A DNA stretch of 64,000 nt, taken from NCBI RefSeq assembly GCF_009914755.1, contig NC_060944.1; one strand, given 5' to 3'. The position numbers and the translations under genes were made by a program. This document shows positions 42,822-56,420 of the stretch, piece after piece; within the stretch, counting starts at the first letter, position 1; each line of letters starts with the position of its first letter. The stretch comes from the human T2T-CHM13v2.0 reference genome, Homo sapiens. Below the pieces are notes generated by a model. It ran no database searches. It saw only the letters and a program-made list of their open reading frames with translations, and was not told where the DNA came from.

Positions 42822-43211
42822 TAAATTTTAAAAGAGTTTTGAAATACAACAAGGTCCATCTTTTGCTGGGGTTGGTACAATAAGGTGGCATGGCAGGTGT
42901 GGTGAGCTGGCATACACCATCCATTTCACCTTCATCCTAGCCGGTCTTCCCATCTGTAGAGGCAAGAAAGTGACCAACTACATGTCCCAGAGCCTCTTGC
43001 TGCTGGGCCTCAAGATGTTATTGAGGTTGGGCCAGTCAGATACACACAAATGAGATTTGCTCCTCCTTTCAGGAAGTTTTCTGTGTTCTATTTTAATATT
43101 AAGTTTCTATGACCTTAGCACATGTTCATGGAAGTGTCTGTTGGACAGACTATAAGGGTATTAGTTTCAAAAGTTAGTCTGTACATTTGATGCATATTCA
43201 ATGTGTATGCA

Positions 43212-43559
<348 letters not shown>

Positions 43560-43644
43560 CTAATGACCAGAAACTCTTACTCTAACAAAAACTTTGCTCA
43601 AGCCACTGAATTATGCACAGTGCAAAACAAAACAAAACAAAAAA

Positions 43645-44232
43645 ACTGTGTTTGGCTACATACAGCAGAAGCCTGACTAATAGTGGCTTAAACAAATAGA
43701 TGTATGTTGGAGTTGGGGACAGATTTGTTGTTTCACATAAGATGTCCAGAGGTGGGCAATACTGGTTTTAATTCAGCTGCTCGAATAGGATGTGAGGAAC
43801 CTAGGCATTTTCTTTTTTATGTCTTTCTACTTTGCCTTCTTTAGCATTTTAGCTTTTTGCCTCATGATCACAAAATGGCTCCTGTAGCTCCAGACCTCAC
43901 AACTATGCTCAAAGCAAGAAGGAGAAAAGAAGAAAAGGCAGCCTTAGCATAGCTACATTTTCCATTACAAGGGCAAAGCCTTTCCCAGAAGGCCCCACAG
44001 CAGACTTCCCCTTGGTCTTCTTGGTCAGAAGTAAGTCATGGGACCACCCCTAACTGCAAAGGATTCTGAGAAATTTAGGGGGCATGATTGTCACAACTGG
44101 CTTAAGTTAATCACAACCTATTTTGGGGGTGGGGGATGGCTAAGCACATTGTCTCCCTGACAAAGTGAGGGTACTGTTAGCAAGGACGGAGGGAGAATGA
44201 TTACAGGGCAGACAATGAACCTTGCCTGCCAT
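43645..44232 (-). mobile_element. Old MLT1 (MLT1K/L-like) LTR
   Basis: agtggcttaaacaaatag...aaaatggctcctgtagctccag...accacccctaactgcaaagg. Confidence 0.55.
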
Positions 44233-44349
44233 ACCAGCAAACATTTCTGATCACCTCTTGGGAGTCAAACACTGTGTTAGGCTTTCTAAGGGATTCAAAA
44301 AAGTATAAGAAACATTCACCACCTTCAAGTCCTCCAGTCAAGGAGGTGG

Positions 44350-44848
44350 TTTTATCAGGACTGTCTCCCGTGCAAGGGGATAGAAACTCTACTCAAACTG
44401 ACCTAAGAAGAAAGGCGTTTATAGGTTCATGTAAATGAAAAACCAGGGTGCATTTGGCTTCAGGCATGGCTGGATCCAGGTATTTATACGATTTCAAAAA
44501 ATAAAAAAATAAAGATTCATCTCTGGGCTCTGCCTTCCTTTCTGCTAGCTTGGTTTTTAGGCAAGCTCTTCTCATCGAGTGACAAGGACGCTGTCCACAA
44601 TTCTAGACCTACATCCCACAAGCTCAGTAGCAATAGGCACAGCTCAGGTTGTACAGCTCAGGTGGTACCTTCAGTTCTGATGGGCTGGGCCTGAGTTCTG
44701 CATTCACCAGGACCTAAGGGTGGGGTCAGCCCCACCCAAACCCCATAGACTGAGAGTGGTTGCCTACCTGCAGGGAAACTGCAATTCTGTTCTAGCAAAA
44801 AAGGAGGGATAAACACTGGGTGGGGGAAAAAATGTGATTTCTCTACAG
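44350..44848 (-). mobile_element. Old ERVL-type LTR (LTR16/LTR33-like), copy A
   Basis: ggcttcaggcatggctggatccagg motif; homologous to 47103-47492. Confidence 0.55.
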
Positions 44849-45743
44849 AAGAGAATTTAAAGAGGTGAGAAAGTCCTAGTGATTCATCAACAAACGATTA
44901 GTCCCAGGAGGTTTCAGCTGTCCTTCCTGCAGCTGACAGACTCTGCTTGGTGACACACACACTAGGCTAGATGTGTGTTGAGAACATCCTTGTTTCCATG
45001 CTTCTTCTGCTCTGGGTTTGGCCAGAGAGGTCCCAAGGTCTCATTGCCCCATTTGCATAGAATGTCAACATGACTAAGCACACATCAGTGATGGTGATTT
45101 TACAGTTATATTAGGTATAAAAGCTGGCCCAAAGCAGCACAAGCAATGAAAATTCAACAGCCTCAAAATCTCATGATCAGGGATGTCGGTAAAGTGAGCT
45201 CAGCTCTGGAGTTTGATCTCGTGTGGGGTGCTTGGTAATGGGTGATAATTGCAGCTTGCTGCTTTCTTCTTCACCTAAGTTAGAATCAGGTACCTTCTGC
45301 CCAGATCTTGCAGCTACTGTTGAGTGGCCCTTGCCAAGAGACGTAGAGGTCTATGCCTATTTCCTCATCTGTAAACCTGGGATACCTGTAACAATAGGTT
45401 TTATTTCCCAGGGTTAAAATCTCAGGGTGCTGTAGGGAGGATTCAATTAGAATATGCATGTTCACCCCTTAGCCCAGTGCCCGACCCTGAGGGAGCTTCT
45501 CATCTCTGCTGTTGGGAGGACGAGGAGTTGCATGTTCTGCCACGAAAGTGCGTTGTATTCACGCAGGCACTACTTACAAGGCTTTACATACATCAGCTCA
45601 TCTAACCCAGCCCAGCTGGTACTGTCATCCCTATTGTTCAGATGAATTAACTGGCTTTGCAAAGGCCACACAGTTTGCTCAAGGCTGCATAGATCTGTCA
45701 TAGCAGAGCCGGGACTGGAGCCCAGCCTTCCAATGGCAACTAC

Positions 45744-45935
45744 CAGGGCCAGCCCCAGGGGGAGGCAAGTGAGGCACCAGCCCCACCTGCAAAATGTAAG
45801 GGGGCCTAAAAGCCCAGTCATCAAGATAAATTATATTTGAATGCACTATTTTAAAAAATCAAAATTAATGCAAAAAGGATCCATGGCAAATATCCATGAG
45901 GCAAAATATTATGTTTGCAAATGAAAACAGGATTA
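45744..45935. mobile_element. MER96B-like hAT fragment
   Basis: cagggccagc...gaggcaagtgaggcac...tcaagataaa...aaaaatcaaaattaatgcaaaaa. Confidence 0.65.
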
Positions 45936-47102
45936 TTCTGGCTGATTTTTTCTTTTGCTCAGACTGTCATAGGGGGCCTGGCCTGGTGCTGGGACTGCAT
46001 TCCCAGTGCTGGCTGCATTCGCAAGCAGGTGCCCCTTCAGGTGGCAGAGGTGACCCCTGAAGCCTCTTCCAACAAGCTCAGCGGAGAGGACGCCTCCCCT
46101 CTGAAAGGCAAGCAGAGCTGCGGAGGTACTCCTCACTGGATCATATGCAGGGACAGTTGGGAAGGATGGCACCTCCCAAAATGTTGAGGTGCTGTTTCAA
46201 TTATAAAAAGAGGACTGAGTGTTAAATATGCAAACGGCACAGACTCTACTGCAAGTGGGCAGTGGCTAATCTTAAGGACCCTCGCTCCAGTGGTGGAGGG
46301 CCAGGCTTGGGACAGAGCCCGACTTTGGCCAGAGATCCTTCCTGATGTCCCCAGGCTAGCACAAGCCTCCAAGGCAGCTGGGTCTTAGGTCCTCTGTAGC
46401 CCTAGTTCTCTAGTCAGTTACTTCTGCTCAAGCCTGTTTCATCATTGGCTACGTTGTACTCACGCCTCCTCCCCTTCCTCCTCAAAGCAATCTTGCTGAA
46501 CTGCCAGGCCCATTAGTTATCATTCAAATCTCTTTGATCAGACCTATTTGTGCACTGATAATGAATGGGTTTGCATCTCAGTCCCTCCCCACAGTAAAGG
46601 CTTCTGGGGGAGGAAAGAACTCATTCCCATTTCCTGGGGAAGAAGCCAGCAAGACATAATAAGGAATTTGGGGTTAGACACCCAGCAGTATTGAGAAAGT
46701 CTCTGTGTGCAAAACAGCAAGAACTGCAGCCAGCTTCTTCTAGAACACTGCTCCTGAGAATCTCACCTTTCCTATGAGGGCAAGTAGGATGCTTGGGAGA
46801 CAGGACCAAGATGGCGAGGATGGCAACAGTTGGTGGTGAGATTACCCTTCCACCAACAGTCTGCAGGGGCTGGGGAGCAGCTGCCACCTGCCCAGCATCT
46901 GTGCTCACCAGTTTGCCACAGTCCCCACCACTCCCTATTGTTTGACATCCTGTCTACTTTATTCATTTCTATTACCTGACTTGCTATTGCATGAGTAATA
47001 TCTCTTTCTTCCTTTGCATTGAGGCTAAGCTTTTTGCATTCTGATATCATTACCTCTGAAAGCCAGACAGGGGAGGGGGGCGTCCATCAGCTCAACCAAT
47101 CA

Positions 47103-47492
47103 ACTCAAACTGACCTAACAAGAAAGGAGTTTATAGTTCAATGAAAAGTCAAGGGTACGTTTGGCTTCAGGCATGATTGAATCCAGGTGTTTATATTATT
47201 TTCTCAAGAAATCATTTGTATCTGGGCTCTGCCTTCCTCTCTGCTAGCTTAGATTTCAGGCAAGCTCTTCACATAGAATGACAAGGAGACTGTCTACAAT
47301 TCCAGACGTACACCCCACAAACTCAGGAGCAAAGGGTGCAGCTCAGATTTTAGGGGTGGTACCTTCAGTTCTGATTGGCCTAGGACCTCAGGGTGGGGCA
47401 AGCACCACCCAAACCCCATAGACTGAGAGTGGTTGCCTACCCTCAGGGAAACAGCAGTTCTATTATAGCAAAAAAAAGGAGGGAAACACTGG
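47103..47492 (-). repeat. Second copy (B) of the 44391-44819 LTR-derived segment
   Basis: Direct alignment, including the identical 31-mer aaaccccatagactgagagtggttgcctacc. Confidence 0.85.
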
Positions 47493-47497
47493 TTTAT

Positions 47498-48250
47498 TGT
47501 TAGCAAATGTTCACTTTCTTCCTCCTTCCCCCACCCCCTATTGAAGGAGTACATTCTCTGCCCCATTGATGCTGGGCTTGGCCTTGTGATTCGTTTTGGT
47601 CAATGGAATGTGGAAGAAAGCAAGAGTGTGCAATTCTGAGCCTAGGCCTTAAGAGGATTGCAGATTTCCACTTGTTCTTCTGATAACTTCTGACTTTACC
47701 CATAAGAATAACATACTCCTGGGTAGCTGCTGCCCTTTCATCCTGAACCCCAGAAAAACACATGGAGAAAAGCTGTTTTCCCGTATACCTTTGAGGTATA
47801 GTGTATTAGTTTGAGGATGAGTGTATTAGTTTGTTCTCACGCTGCTAATGAAGACATACCTGGGACTGAGTAATTTATAAAGAAAGGAGGTTTAATTGAC
47901 TCACAGTTCCACATGGTTGAGGAGACCTCATAATCATGGCGGAAAGTGAAGGGGAAGCAAGACACATCTTACATGGCAGCAGGCAAGAGAGAGTTTGTGC
48001 AGGGGAACTCCCATTTATAAGACCATCAGATCTCGTGAGACTTATTCACTACCATGAGAACGGTATGGAGGAAACTGCCCCCACGATTCAATGATCTCCA
48101 CCTGGCCCTGCCCTTGGCACATGGGGATTAGTACAATTCAAGGTAAGATTTGGGTGGGGACACAGCCAAACCATATCAATGAGTATAAATGCTTATTGTA
48201 TGCCACTGAGTTCTGGGATGGTCTCTTACATAGCAAAAGCTGACAGACAC
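47498..48250 (+). mobile_element. Old MLT1 LTR, interrupted by THE1
   Basis: tgggcttggccttgtgattcgttttggtcaatggaatgtgg...atgccactgagttctggg...agcaaaagctgacagaca. Confidence 0.65.
47822..48178 (-). mobile_element. THE1 (THE1B/C-like) MaLR solo LTR
   Basis: tgtattagtttgttctcacgctgctaat...cagccaaaccatatca; perfect 5-bp TSD atgag. Confidence 0.93.
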
Positions 48251-49775
48251 AAGGTGAAGGCTTGTGAGATTCAGGAAAACTGTGGTAGCAATGAGCATGA
48301 GTGAAACTGGAGTAAGAACCCTGAGATATGATCAGGTCAAATGTGGTTTGACCCTGATAGGATTTTGTACTTAATAGTTTGCATCTTAGGCAGGCTGCTT
48401 AACCTCTGTGCTTCCTCTGTAGTCTCCTCCTGTGATGAATGGGTATGATCATCCCTGCCCTGCAGGGCTACGGTGAGAATGACCAGATGTTGTGCCTAAA
48501 GTGCTTGAGATATAGTAGCTTCTCAATACCTTGATTTTGTGAGGTTTTTTTGCTATGTGTTGCCAAAGTGTTAAGCTTTGAGAATGGCTCTGTGAATCAC
48601 TTGTCACCAGAAACCACTTAAGAATAAGCTTTAGATGTAAAGAGAGTGGGCTCTGGAGTGAGGCCGTCTTGCTGTCATGCCAGCTGCACCACTTGCTGGC
48701 TGGTGACTTCGGGCCAGTCCCTTCATCTTTGCATGCTGATGTGTGTGGGTGACAGATCCTGGCTCGGGGCTGCTGGAGTGGACATTCCCTAAGACAGGCA
48801 GTACCAGGAAGGCAGTCAGTGCCCAGTGGTGGCCTATGATCACAGCTGCTGCTGTTAATTATGCAGGACTCTGACATTTCCTGTCCTGTCTCATCTCATC
48901 TCGCTTTCCCTCCATCTAGTGTTTCCCTGAGAAGGAGCCTTGGGCCACCTAGCACAGAATTGCTTAGATAGGGGAAGGTGGTACTTGTTAAAATTCAGAC
49001 TCCTGGGCCCTCTCACTGACCCTAGAGTCAGACTCTTGGGAATGGATCCAGAATCTGCATTTCACCATCTCCCTGGTGATTGTTTTGCACAGTGGCCTGG
49101 GTCATCCCCTGCCCGTGGTCCTAGCACTGACCCGGTTTCAGCCCTTGAAGGGCCTCTATGGCCCCTCCCTGGCTTCCTGTAGCTGGTAGGTGGGCTGGCT
49201 GAACTTGGGGATGATGAGGCAGACAGGGTTGATGGGGGCGGGGGGAGGGCTTTGGGGTGCCTCCTGCCTTCTGCTGCTTTCTGGAACTGAACTTCAGTTT
49301 TCAAGATGGGGAAAGGAAAGTCAGCCAGGAGGTCACTTCCATGACCGTGGACATTGTCTCTCAGTGCAGTTGAGTCAGGAGGACCCGATTTTTCATATAG
49401 GTCAGTGGTTCTCAGAATTTAATGTTCCACTGTTGGCTATATTGTCCTCCTTGTTCCATTACTTATTTATTTGATATTTTTCTTTAACTCACTTAAAATA
49501 TCTAAGTACGTTTCTAGCCCTCATTTATATTACATCCATGACTTGCCATAAATCTAACAATACACAGTGAAAATGCAACCTTGCTTCTACTTGAGGGTGG
49601 ACCCGATGTCTGCCAAGGCCTTGAGCCTGAATCCCCTTGCTCTGTGTTAACCAGGTTGTGTGGAGTGTTGCAGGGGTGTTAAAAACCTATTTGCACCAAT
49701 GAACACATCTCTTAACATAATCAGGAAGATGTAAAGAGGCTGAAGAGCATCCCTTTGTCACTGTGATTCAAGGTA

Positions 49776-50358
49776 CAGTCGAGTCTCATTATTTGAGAAT
49801 TTGGGGATTTATTTACTCACTTAAAATTTATTTGTAAGCCCTAAATTAGTACTCACAACACTTTCCAGATTGTTTGCAGACATGCACAGAGCAGTGAAAA
49901 CTTTGAGTCACCTGACTTGCACGTATCTAACTGGTGGAACATGGTGATGCTTTGCCTTCTTGTTTCAGCCTCATAATATAAGCAAGTGTCCTTTTCATGG
50001 TCTATTTAGTGTCAGAGAAAATGCATGTGTTAGATAAGTACATGGGTGTTAGATACATTTGTCGGAATTAGTACAGAGAATCTGCATGTCTCAGATGAGC
50101 TTCCTTCAGGCCTGAGTTGTAGAGCCATTCGTTGGGAGCTCAGTGTTAAGGAATCAATAATATATGTTGAATAAGGCATCTTCGATCAGAAATACTCATC
50201 AAATAAGGCTACATGTTGATTGGTTGGTGAAAATGTGACCAGAGGCTCTCAGGAACCTAACCCTGTATTTCCCCTAGGAGCTGTTGTTCAATATTTGCTA
50301 ATTCAGTGTTCACAATGACTTTATAGGACGTAACTACCATGCATAACAGAATCAAGTG
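49776..50358. mobile_element. MER82 TcMar-Tigger DNA transposon
   Basis: cagtcgagtctcattatt...aaaatttatttgtaagccc...aacagaatcaagtg, flanked by TA. Confidence 0.78.
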
Positions 50359-51268
50359 TACTCCAATGCCTATCTGTGAGACACACCATCCTTTCTTTCC
50401 AGGCACACCCTGGGCTCAGGGCAATGTTCCCTCATACAGCCCCCCACTTTATGTGGGGGGAAGGCAGACATAGAGGGGAAGCGTCCAGCTTAAGGTCCTC
50501 CCAGAGAGGTAAGGGACCAAGCCTCACCTAGAACTCAGGTCTGTTGCTCTCTTTTCCCACCCCACTGGACCTCACAGCAGGACTGGGTGGGATGGAAGTC
50601 CCAGGTGAGAGGAGATGGAGGCTCATCATCATCAATGCCCACACCGGGGTGCATCATTAGCCCTCCAGGTTCAAGGCAGCAGTGACAGGAGCAGCTGCCT
50701 GCCTTTGCACAGCCCCGTGTTCCTTCCCCATAGCCTCATAGTTGCACTGTTCACCGCAGCCCTTGCCCAGGGACCCTGTTCTCTCTTTTGAATCACTATT
50801 TTAGTTCCTCACTCAGCTCTTCATAGACCAAGCACCTTGACCTGTTCTCTCTCTCTTAGAATTATAGCTATCTTTTTTTTGTAGATAATAAAAGTAATAC
50901 ATGAATATTATAGTAAATGCAGGCCATGCACTTTTATAAAGAAAATAACAATCACAAATAACACCACCCCAAGGCAGCCGGAGCTACTTTTCAATGTTTT
51001 CTCTCAGTTTGACACATGCACACACAGGCACACATACATAGAAACAAAATTGGGAAGTAAATTTCTATCTTGTTTTAGCTGCATAAATTTCTGTGAGCAC
51101 TTTTCCAAGTCATTAGATATTTCTTGAAATGTCACTTTTTTTTTTTTGGTCTAATCATATTCATCCTGAATGAGCATGTAAATAAACATTTATTTCTCTC
51201 ATTGACCACTGAGGATTTTTGGGTTTAACCATCATAAAACAATTTTAATGACAAAAGAGTGTTTGTAA

Positions 51269-51809
<541 letters not shown>

Positions 51810-52236
51810 GTTTATAACATTTGGTATTTTAAAAAATAGGATACCCATGATCAATTATCTTCTCAGCACGTGGGAACTTGTGGCATCAGACATTGATTAC
51901 TCTCACTTTTTCGGGTGAAGAAACCAAGAACCCAGAGAGGTTCAGGGACTCACCCAGAGACACCGAGCAGGTGAGGATGGCCTGCACTTTACAGACCGGA
52001 TAACAGTCCCCCTTTCAAAGGCAGCAGGCCTCCAATTTGGGGCACTTTCTTCAAACCACAGCCACGAACTCTATTCACTTTGAATTTCATTTTCTGCCAA
52101 CAGAAAGTCCTTGGAGTAGTTGCTTTCCTCCATACACTTCTACAGTGTTGGGAACCTTCCAGAAGGTCCACCTGGGTGGTCAGAAAAGTGTACAGGTTTC
52201 CTTGGATGTCCATGAGGGCCCCAGGGGGCTCTACTC

Positions 52237-52641
52237 CAGGGCTCTGCAGACTACACCCCAAGTGCCAAATCCAGCCTCCCATTTGCTTTTGTACTCTCCG
52301 AAAGCTAAGAATGGTTTTCACATTTTTATGTGGTTGAAAAAAAATAATCAGACAATTGCGATTGATTTCAGTGATAGAGAACACTAACTCTGACCCCCAA
52401 TTAAGCAAGTATTATCCTCCCCCTAAATTCCATTCCTCTAATTAGTAAACCTATATTACTTTTTCAAAGACCACACTTAGTTATTACTATTATATTTTGA
52501 ATTTCATCAATAAAAAAATGTGTGGAAATTTGGTTTTTATCTTGTAACTACTTGTATAATATTTTCAATTTTGCCTCTTGGCTCACAGAGCCTGAAATAT
52601 TCACTGTCTGGCCCTTTGCAGGAAAAGTTTGCCAGCCCTTG
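52237..52641. mobile_element. MER58B-like Charlie DNA transposon
   Basis: cagggctctgcagactac...gccaaatccagcc...ggccctttgcaggaaaagtttgccagcccttg. Confidence 0.65.
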
Positions 52642-52793
52642 GTCTACACTGGTGAAAGGTCCTGTGGATGACTCGGTTCCCTCTCATGTTGGGGAGTCTG
52701 ATAACCAGGCCTCAAGCTCAGAATCGCAACTACCTTCTGGCCCCAGCAGGATTCATTTCATTACACTCTTTTCTTTGACACCTTTAGCAATTA

Positions 52794-53116
<323 letters not shown>

Positions 53117-53473
53117 TTACAAGGACCAAATCAGGATCTTGGTTTAGAACATGAAGTCTCCAAAACTGGAGTGATGAGACATTGCAGAGACATCCTCATC
53201 ACCCACTACCTCAACCCATTGCCCTCCTGCTCAAATCTGGTCCCCCCTCGAGGTATCCACTGCACAGCATATTCCTTCCTAACATCAGCCTATGCTGTGG
53301 GATTCATCTTTTCCTCCTTTCCATTAGCCTTTCCTTTTCCCTGGGGTCTGGAGTTTCCCAGGACAAAAGTAATAGAGCTCAAAGCTGGAAGGAGATGGAG
53401 GAAAGACTTCTGTTGGCATAGTAAGGTGCTATCTCCCTTGCTCACAACTGATCAACCTGTCACCCTCTGTAAG

Positions 53474-53850
53474 TATATTAGTCCATTCTCACACTGCTGT
53501 AAAGAACTGCCAGAGACTGGGTAATTTATAAAGGAAAGAGGTTTAAGTGACACAAAGTTCCACAAGGCTGGGGAGGCCTCAGGAAACACAATCATGGCGG
53601 AAGGTGAAGGGGAAGCAAGGACCTTCTTCACATGGCGGCAGGAGGGAGAAGTGCAAGCAAGGGAAATGACAGACACTTATAAAACCATCAGATCTCATGG
53701 GGACTCACTCACTACCATGAGAACAAGATGGAGGAAACTGCCCCCATGATCCAGTCACCTCCTACCAGGTCCTGCTCTCAACATGTGGGGATTATGGGGA
53801 TGACATTTCTAGATGAGATTTGGGTGGGGCCACAGAGCCAAGCCTTAGCA
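53474..53850 (-). mobile_element. MSTA/THE1D-like MaLR solo LTR
   Basis: attagtccattctcacactgct...gagatttgggtgggg; near-TSD gtaag/gtgag. Confidence 0.9.
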
Positions 53851-54639
53851 GTGAGATATCAGCTCTTCTTAGATTCCTCCATCCTCAATCCTGATCATCA
53901 TGGGCTTTTCCTTCTTTTCTCTTCTCCACCTTCAAAATTCAAGGCTCCCCCATTCCATCCCCTAGGCTAGGCTAGAACAGAAAGCAGAGATCCAACAGCA
54001 ACCCACAATGCGAGCCAGAAAAAGGGGGGTTGAAACCCAGGGGAAGGGCAGAGGGAAAGCATTCAAACCACTGAGGAGGAAAAGTGACACCAGGAAGAGG
54101 GTCCAGGGTGTAGCCCTGAGGGCTCCAAAGACTCTAGAAGCCAAGTCCTGTGCCAGCCCATGGAGCCCCCGAAGGGGAAGCAGCTCCGAAATCCCCATCT
54201 CCCTCATGGACTCAGTAAGCTTGGATTCTGTTTTGTGGATCTGTGGCAAAGAAACAACAGAATATTGTTAGAATATTGTTTGAAGAGCATCATCGACGGA
54301 GCACAATTCCCCTCCACCCACCCACCCACCCCACCTCCAATCAGCAGCAAGTGCTGGAGGAGACCAGTAGACCCAAATATCTGTCTGTCCAAGTGGGTGG
54401 TGTGTGCCTGTTCTGTGCAGGGACATCACCACCTCTGCCGCTTAGGATCAAGGACATGGAGCCTGGATAGCATAGGCCTAAACAACAGCTATTTATAAAC
54501 ATGTCACACAGAGTTTACAAAACACACACACACACAAATTATGTCATCACATTATCCTAAATTCTCCTAAAACTTGCATCTCTCACTTGAGTCTTGCAAA
54601 GAGAGTGACATTGTTCATTTCATGACTTTATACTTTTCT

Positions 54640-55130
54640 GATTCCTTTAGGTATCATAACTTATTTAACCCAACCCCCTATTGATGGATGTTAGGTTGTT
54701 TCTGTGTGTAAATGTGTGTGTGCGTGTAACACATATTGCACATGATGTTACATGAACATCCTTGAACATAAATCTTCACTTACTTGGGCCTTTATTTCTA
54801 TAGATTTCCTAATAGTGAAATTTGGGGGATAAAGTTGTCTTCATTTAAATGGATTCTGTCAAATCACTCTCAAAAATGGCTGTACCATTTTGTACTTCCA
54901 CCAGTGGAGTATCTGGGTTGTCATTTCACAGTTCCAAAACAAACATGGAATATGCTCCATCTTTGACGTTTTAGCCAATTTGTTAGATTTTCTTGGAGAC
55001 TGGTAACTCAATGTCAGAATTTGCATTTTTGAATGATGAGTGTGCCTTGACTTTTTACATATTTTTAGCTATGTGAGTTTCTTCTCTAATTGCCCATTTG
55101 TAGACTTGTTTCATTTTTCTTCTGAGCTGA
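54640..55130 (-). mobile_element. Old L1 (L1ME) fragment
   Basis: ttatttaacccaacccc.attgatgg...catgaacatccttg...ttgcccattt. Confidence 0.55.
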
Positions 55131-55377
55131 TGGAAATTTTTCTCTGATTTGCAGGTGGAGCAGGAGCCTGGCTGGTTCCTCCTGCTCCAGCCCTGGGCTT
55201 GGGGCCCCACTCACCTGCCTCACTCAACTCATCTCTCCCTTCCTCTTTCTTCCAACCCTGGCCCAAGGAATCCTTTCTCTCCTAGGCTGCAGGGGACCCA
55301 TCCTTCCTCACTTATCAGCGTGCTCCCAAATGCAGTGACTATAACTGAAAGGCCTTCCTTTTTCCAAAAATGATGGC

Positions 55378-55995
55378 TATTTGAAACTCAAAAGGCAGTG
55401 ATTGAGTCTTTAATACGTTAAACACAGAGATATCATAAGACCCAGAAATTCTCCTCCTGGGTATATACCCAAAAGAATTGAAAGCAAGTGTTCAAGCAGA
55501 ATCTTGTATGTGATAATTCATAGCAGCATTCCTTATAAGAGGCAAAAGATAGGAATAGCCTATCATCCTTCAACTGATGAATGGATTGCAAAGTCCGGTT
55601 TCTCCATAAAACAGAATATTATTCATCCACAAGAAGGAATGAAATACTGATACACGCTACAACGTGAATGAACTTGAAGTCACTATGTTAAGTGAAAGAA
55701 ATCAGTCCCAAAGGACACTGAGTCTATGGTTCCGTTTATATACAATGTCCACAATAGGCAAATCTAGAGAGACAGAAAGTAGATTAGTGGTGGCCAGAGG
55801 CTGGGGTGAGGGGGAATGAGGAGTTACATTTAGTGGTATCATCCTTTGGGGGAGATAAAAATGTTTTGGAACTAGATAGTGATAAAGGCTGCACAACACT
55901 GTGAATGCCGTAAATGTCGCTAATGGTAGATTTTATGTTATATGTGTTTTACCACAATAAAAACAAAGTAAAATAGATAATTGCTTAAAAAAAAA
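55378..55995 (+). mobile_element. L1MB/L1ME 3' end
   Basis: ctcctgggtatatacccaaaagaattgaaagca...gagacagaaagtagattagtgg...ttttaccacaataaaaa. Confidence 0.85.
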
Positions 55996-56120
55996 GCCAT
56001 AGATTGATTCCTTTCCCATTTTTCCTGTTTTCTACTCTGTGGTTTATTCTTGGAGGCCCTGAATCTAGAAAAAAAACTCAGCTGTCCAAAAGTGAGACAA
56101 ATCACTACTTTAAAAAATAT

Positions 56121-56372
56121 TGCCAGGTGCAGTGGCTGACGCCTGTAATCCTAAACTTTGGGATGTCAAAGTGGGAGGAGTGCTTGAGCCCAGGAGTTCA
56201 AGATCAGGCTGGGCAACACAGTGAGACCCTATCTCTATGAAAAATACAAAAATTAGCTGGGCATGCTGGTATGCACCTTTAATCCCAGCTACTCGGAAGG
56301 CTGAGGTGGGAGGTTGCAGTGAGCTGAGATCACGCCACTGCACTCCCGCCTGGGTGACAAAGCTAGACCTTG
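56121..56372 (+). mobile_element. Alu (AluJ-like, internal deletion in right arm)
   Basis: Alu body followed by a CA/CG repeat in place of poly-A. Confidence 0.9.
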
Positions 56373-56420
56373 ACACACACACGCACACGCACACGCACGC
56401 ACGCACGCACACACACACAT
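56373..56420 (+). repeat. Alternating purine-pyrimidine (CA/CG)n microsatellite
   Basis: acacacacacgcacacgcacacgcacgcacgcacgcacacacacacat. Confidence 0.95.
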
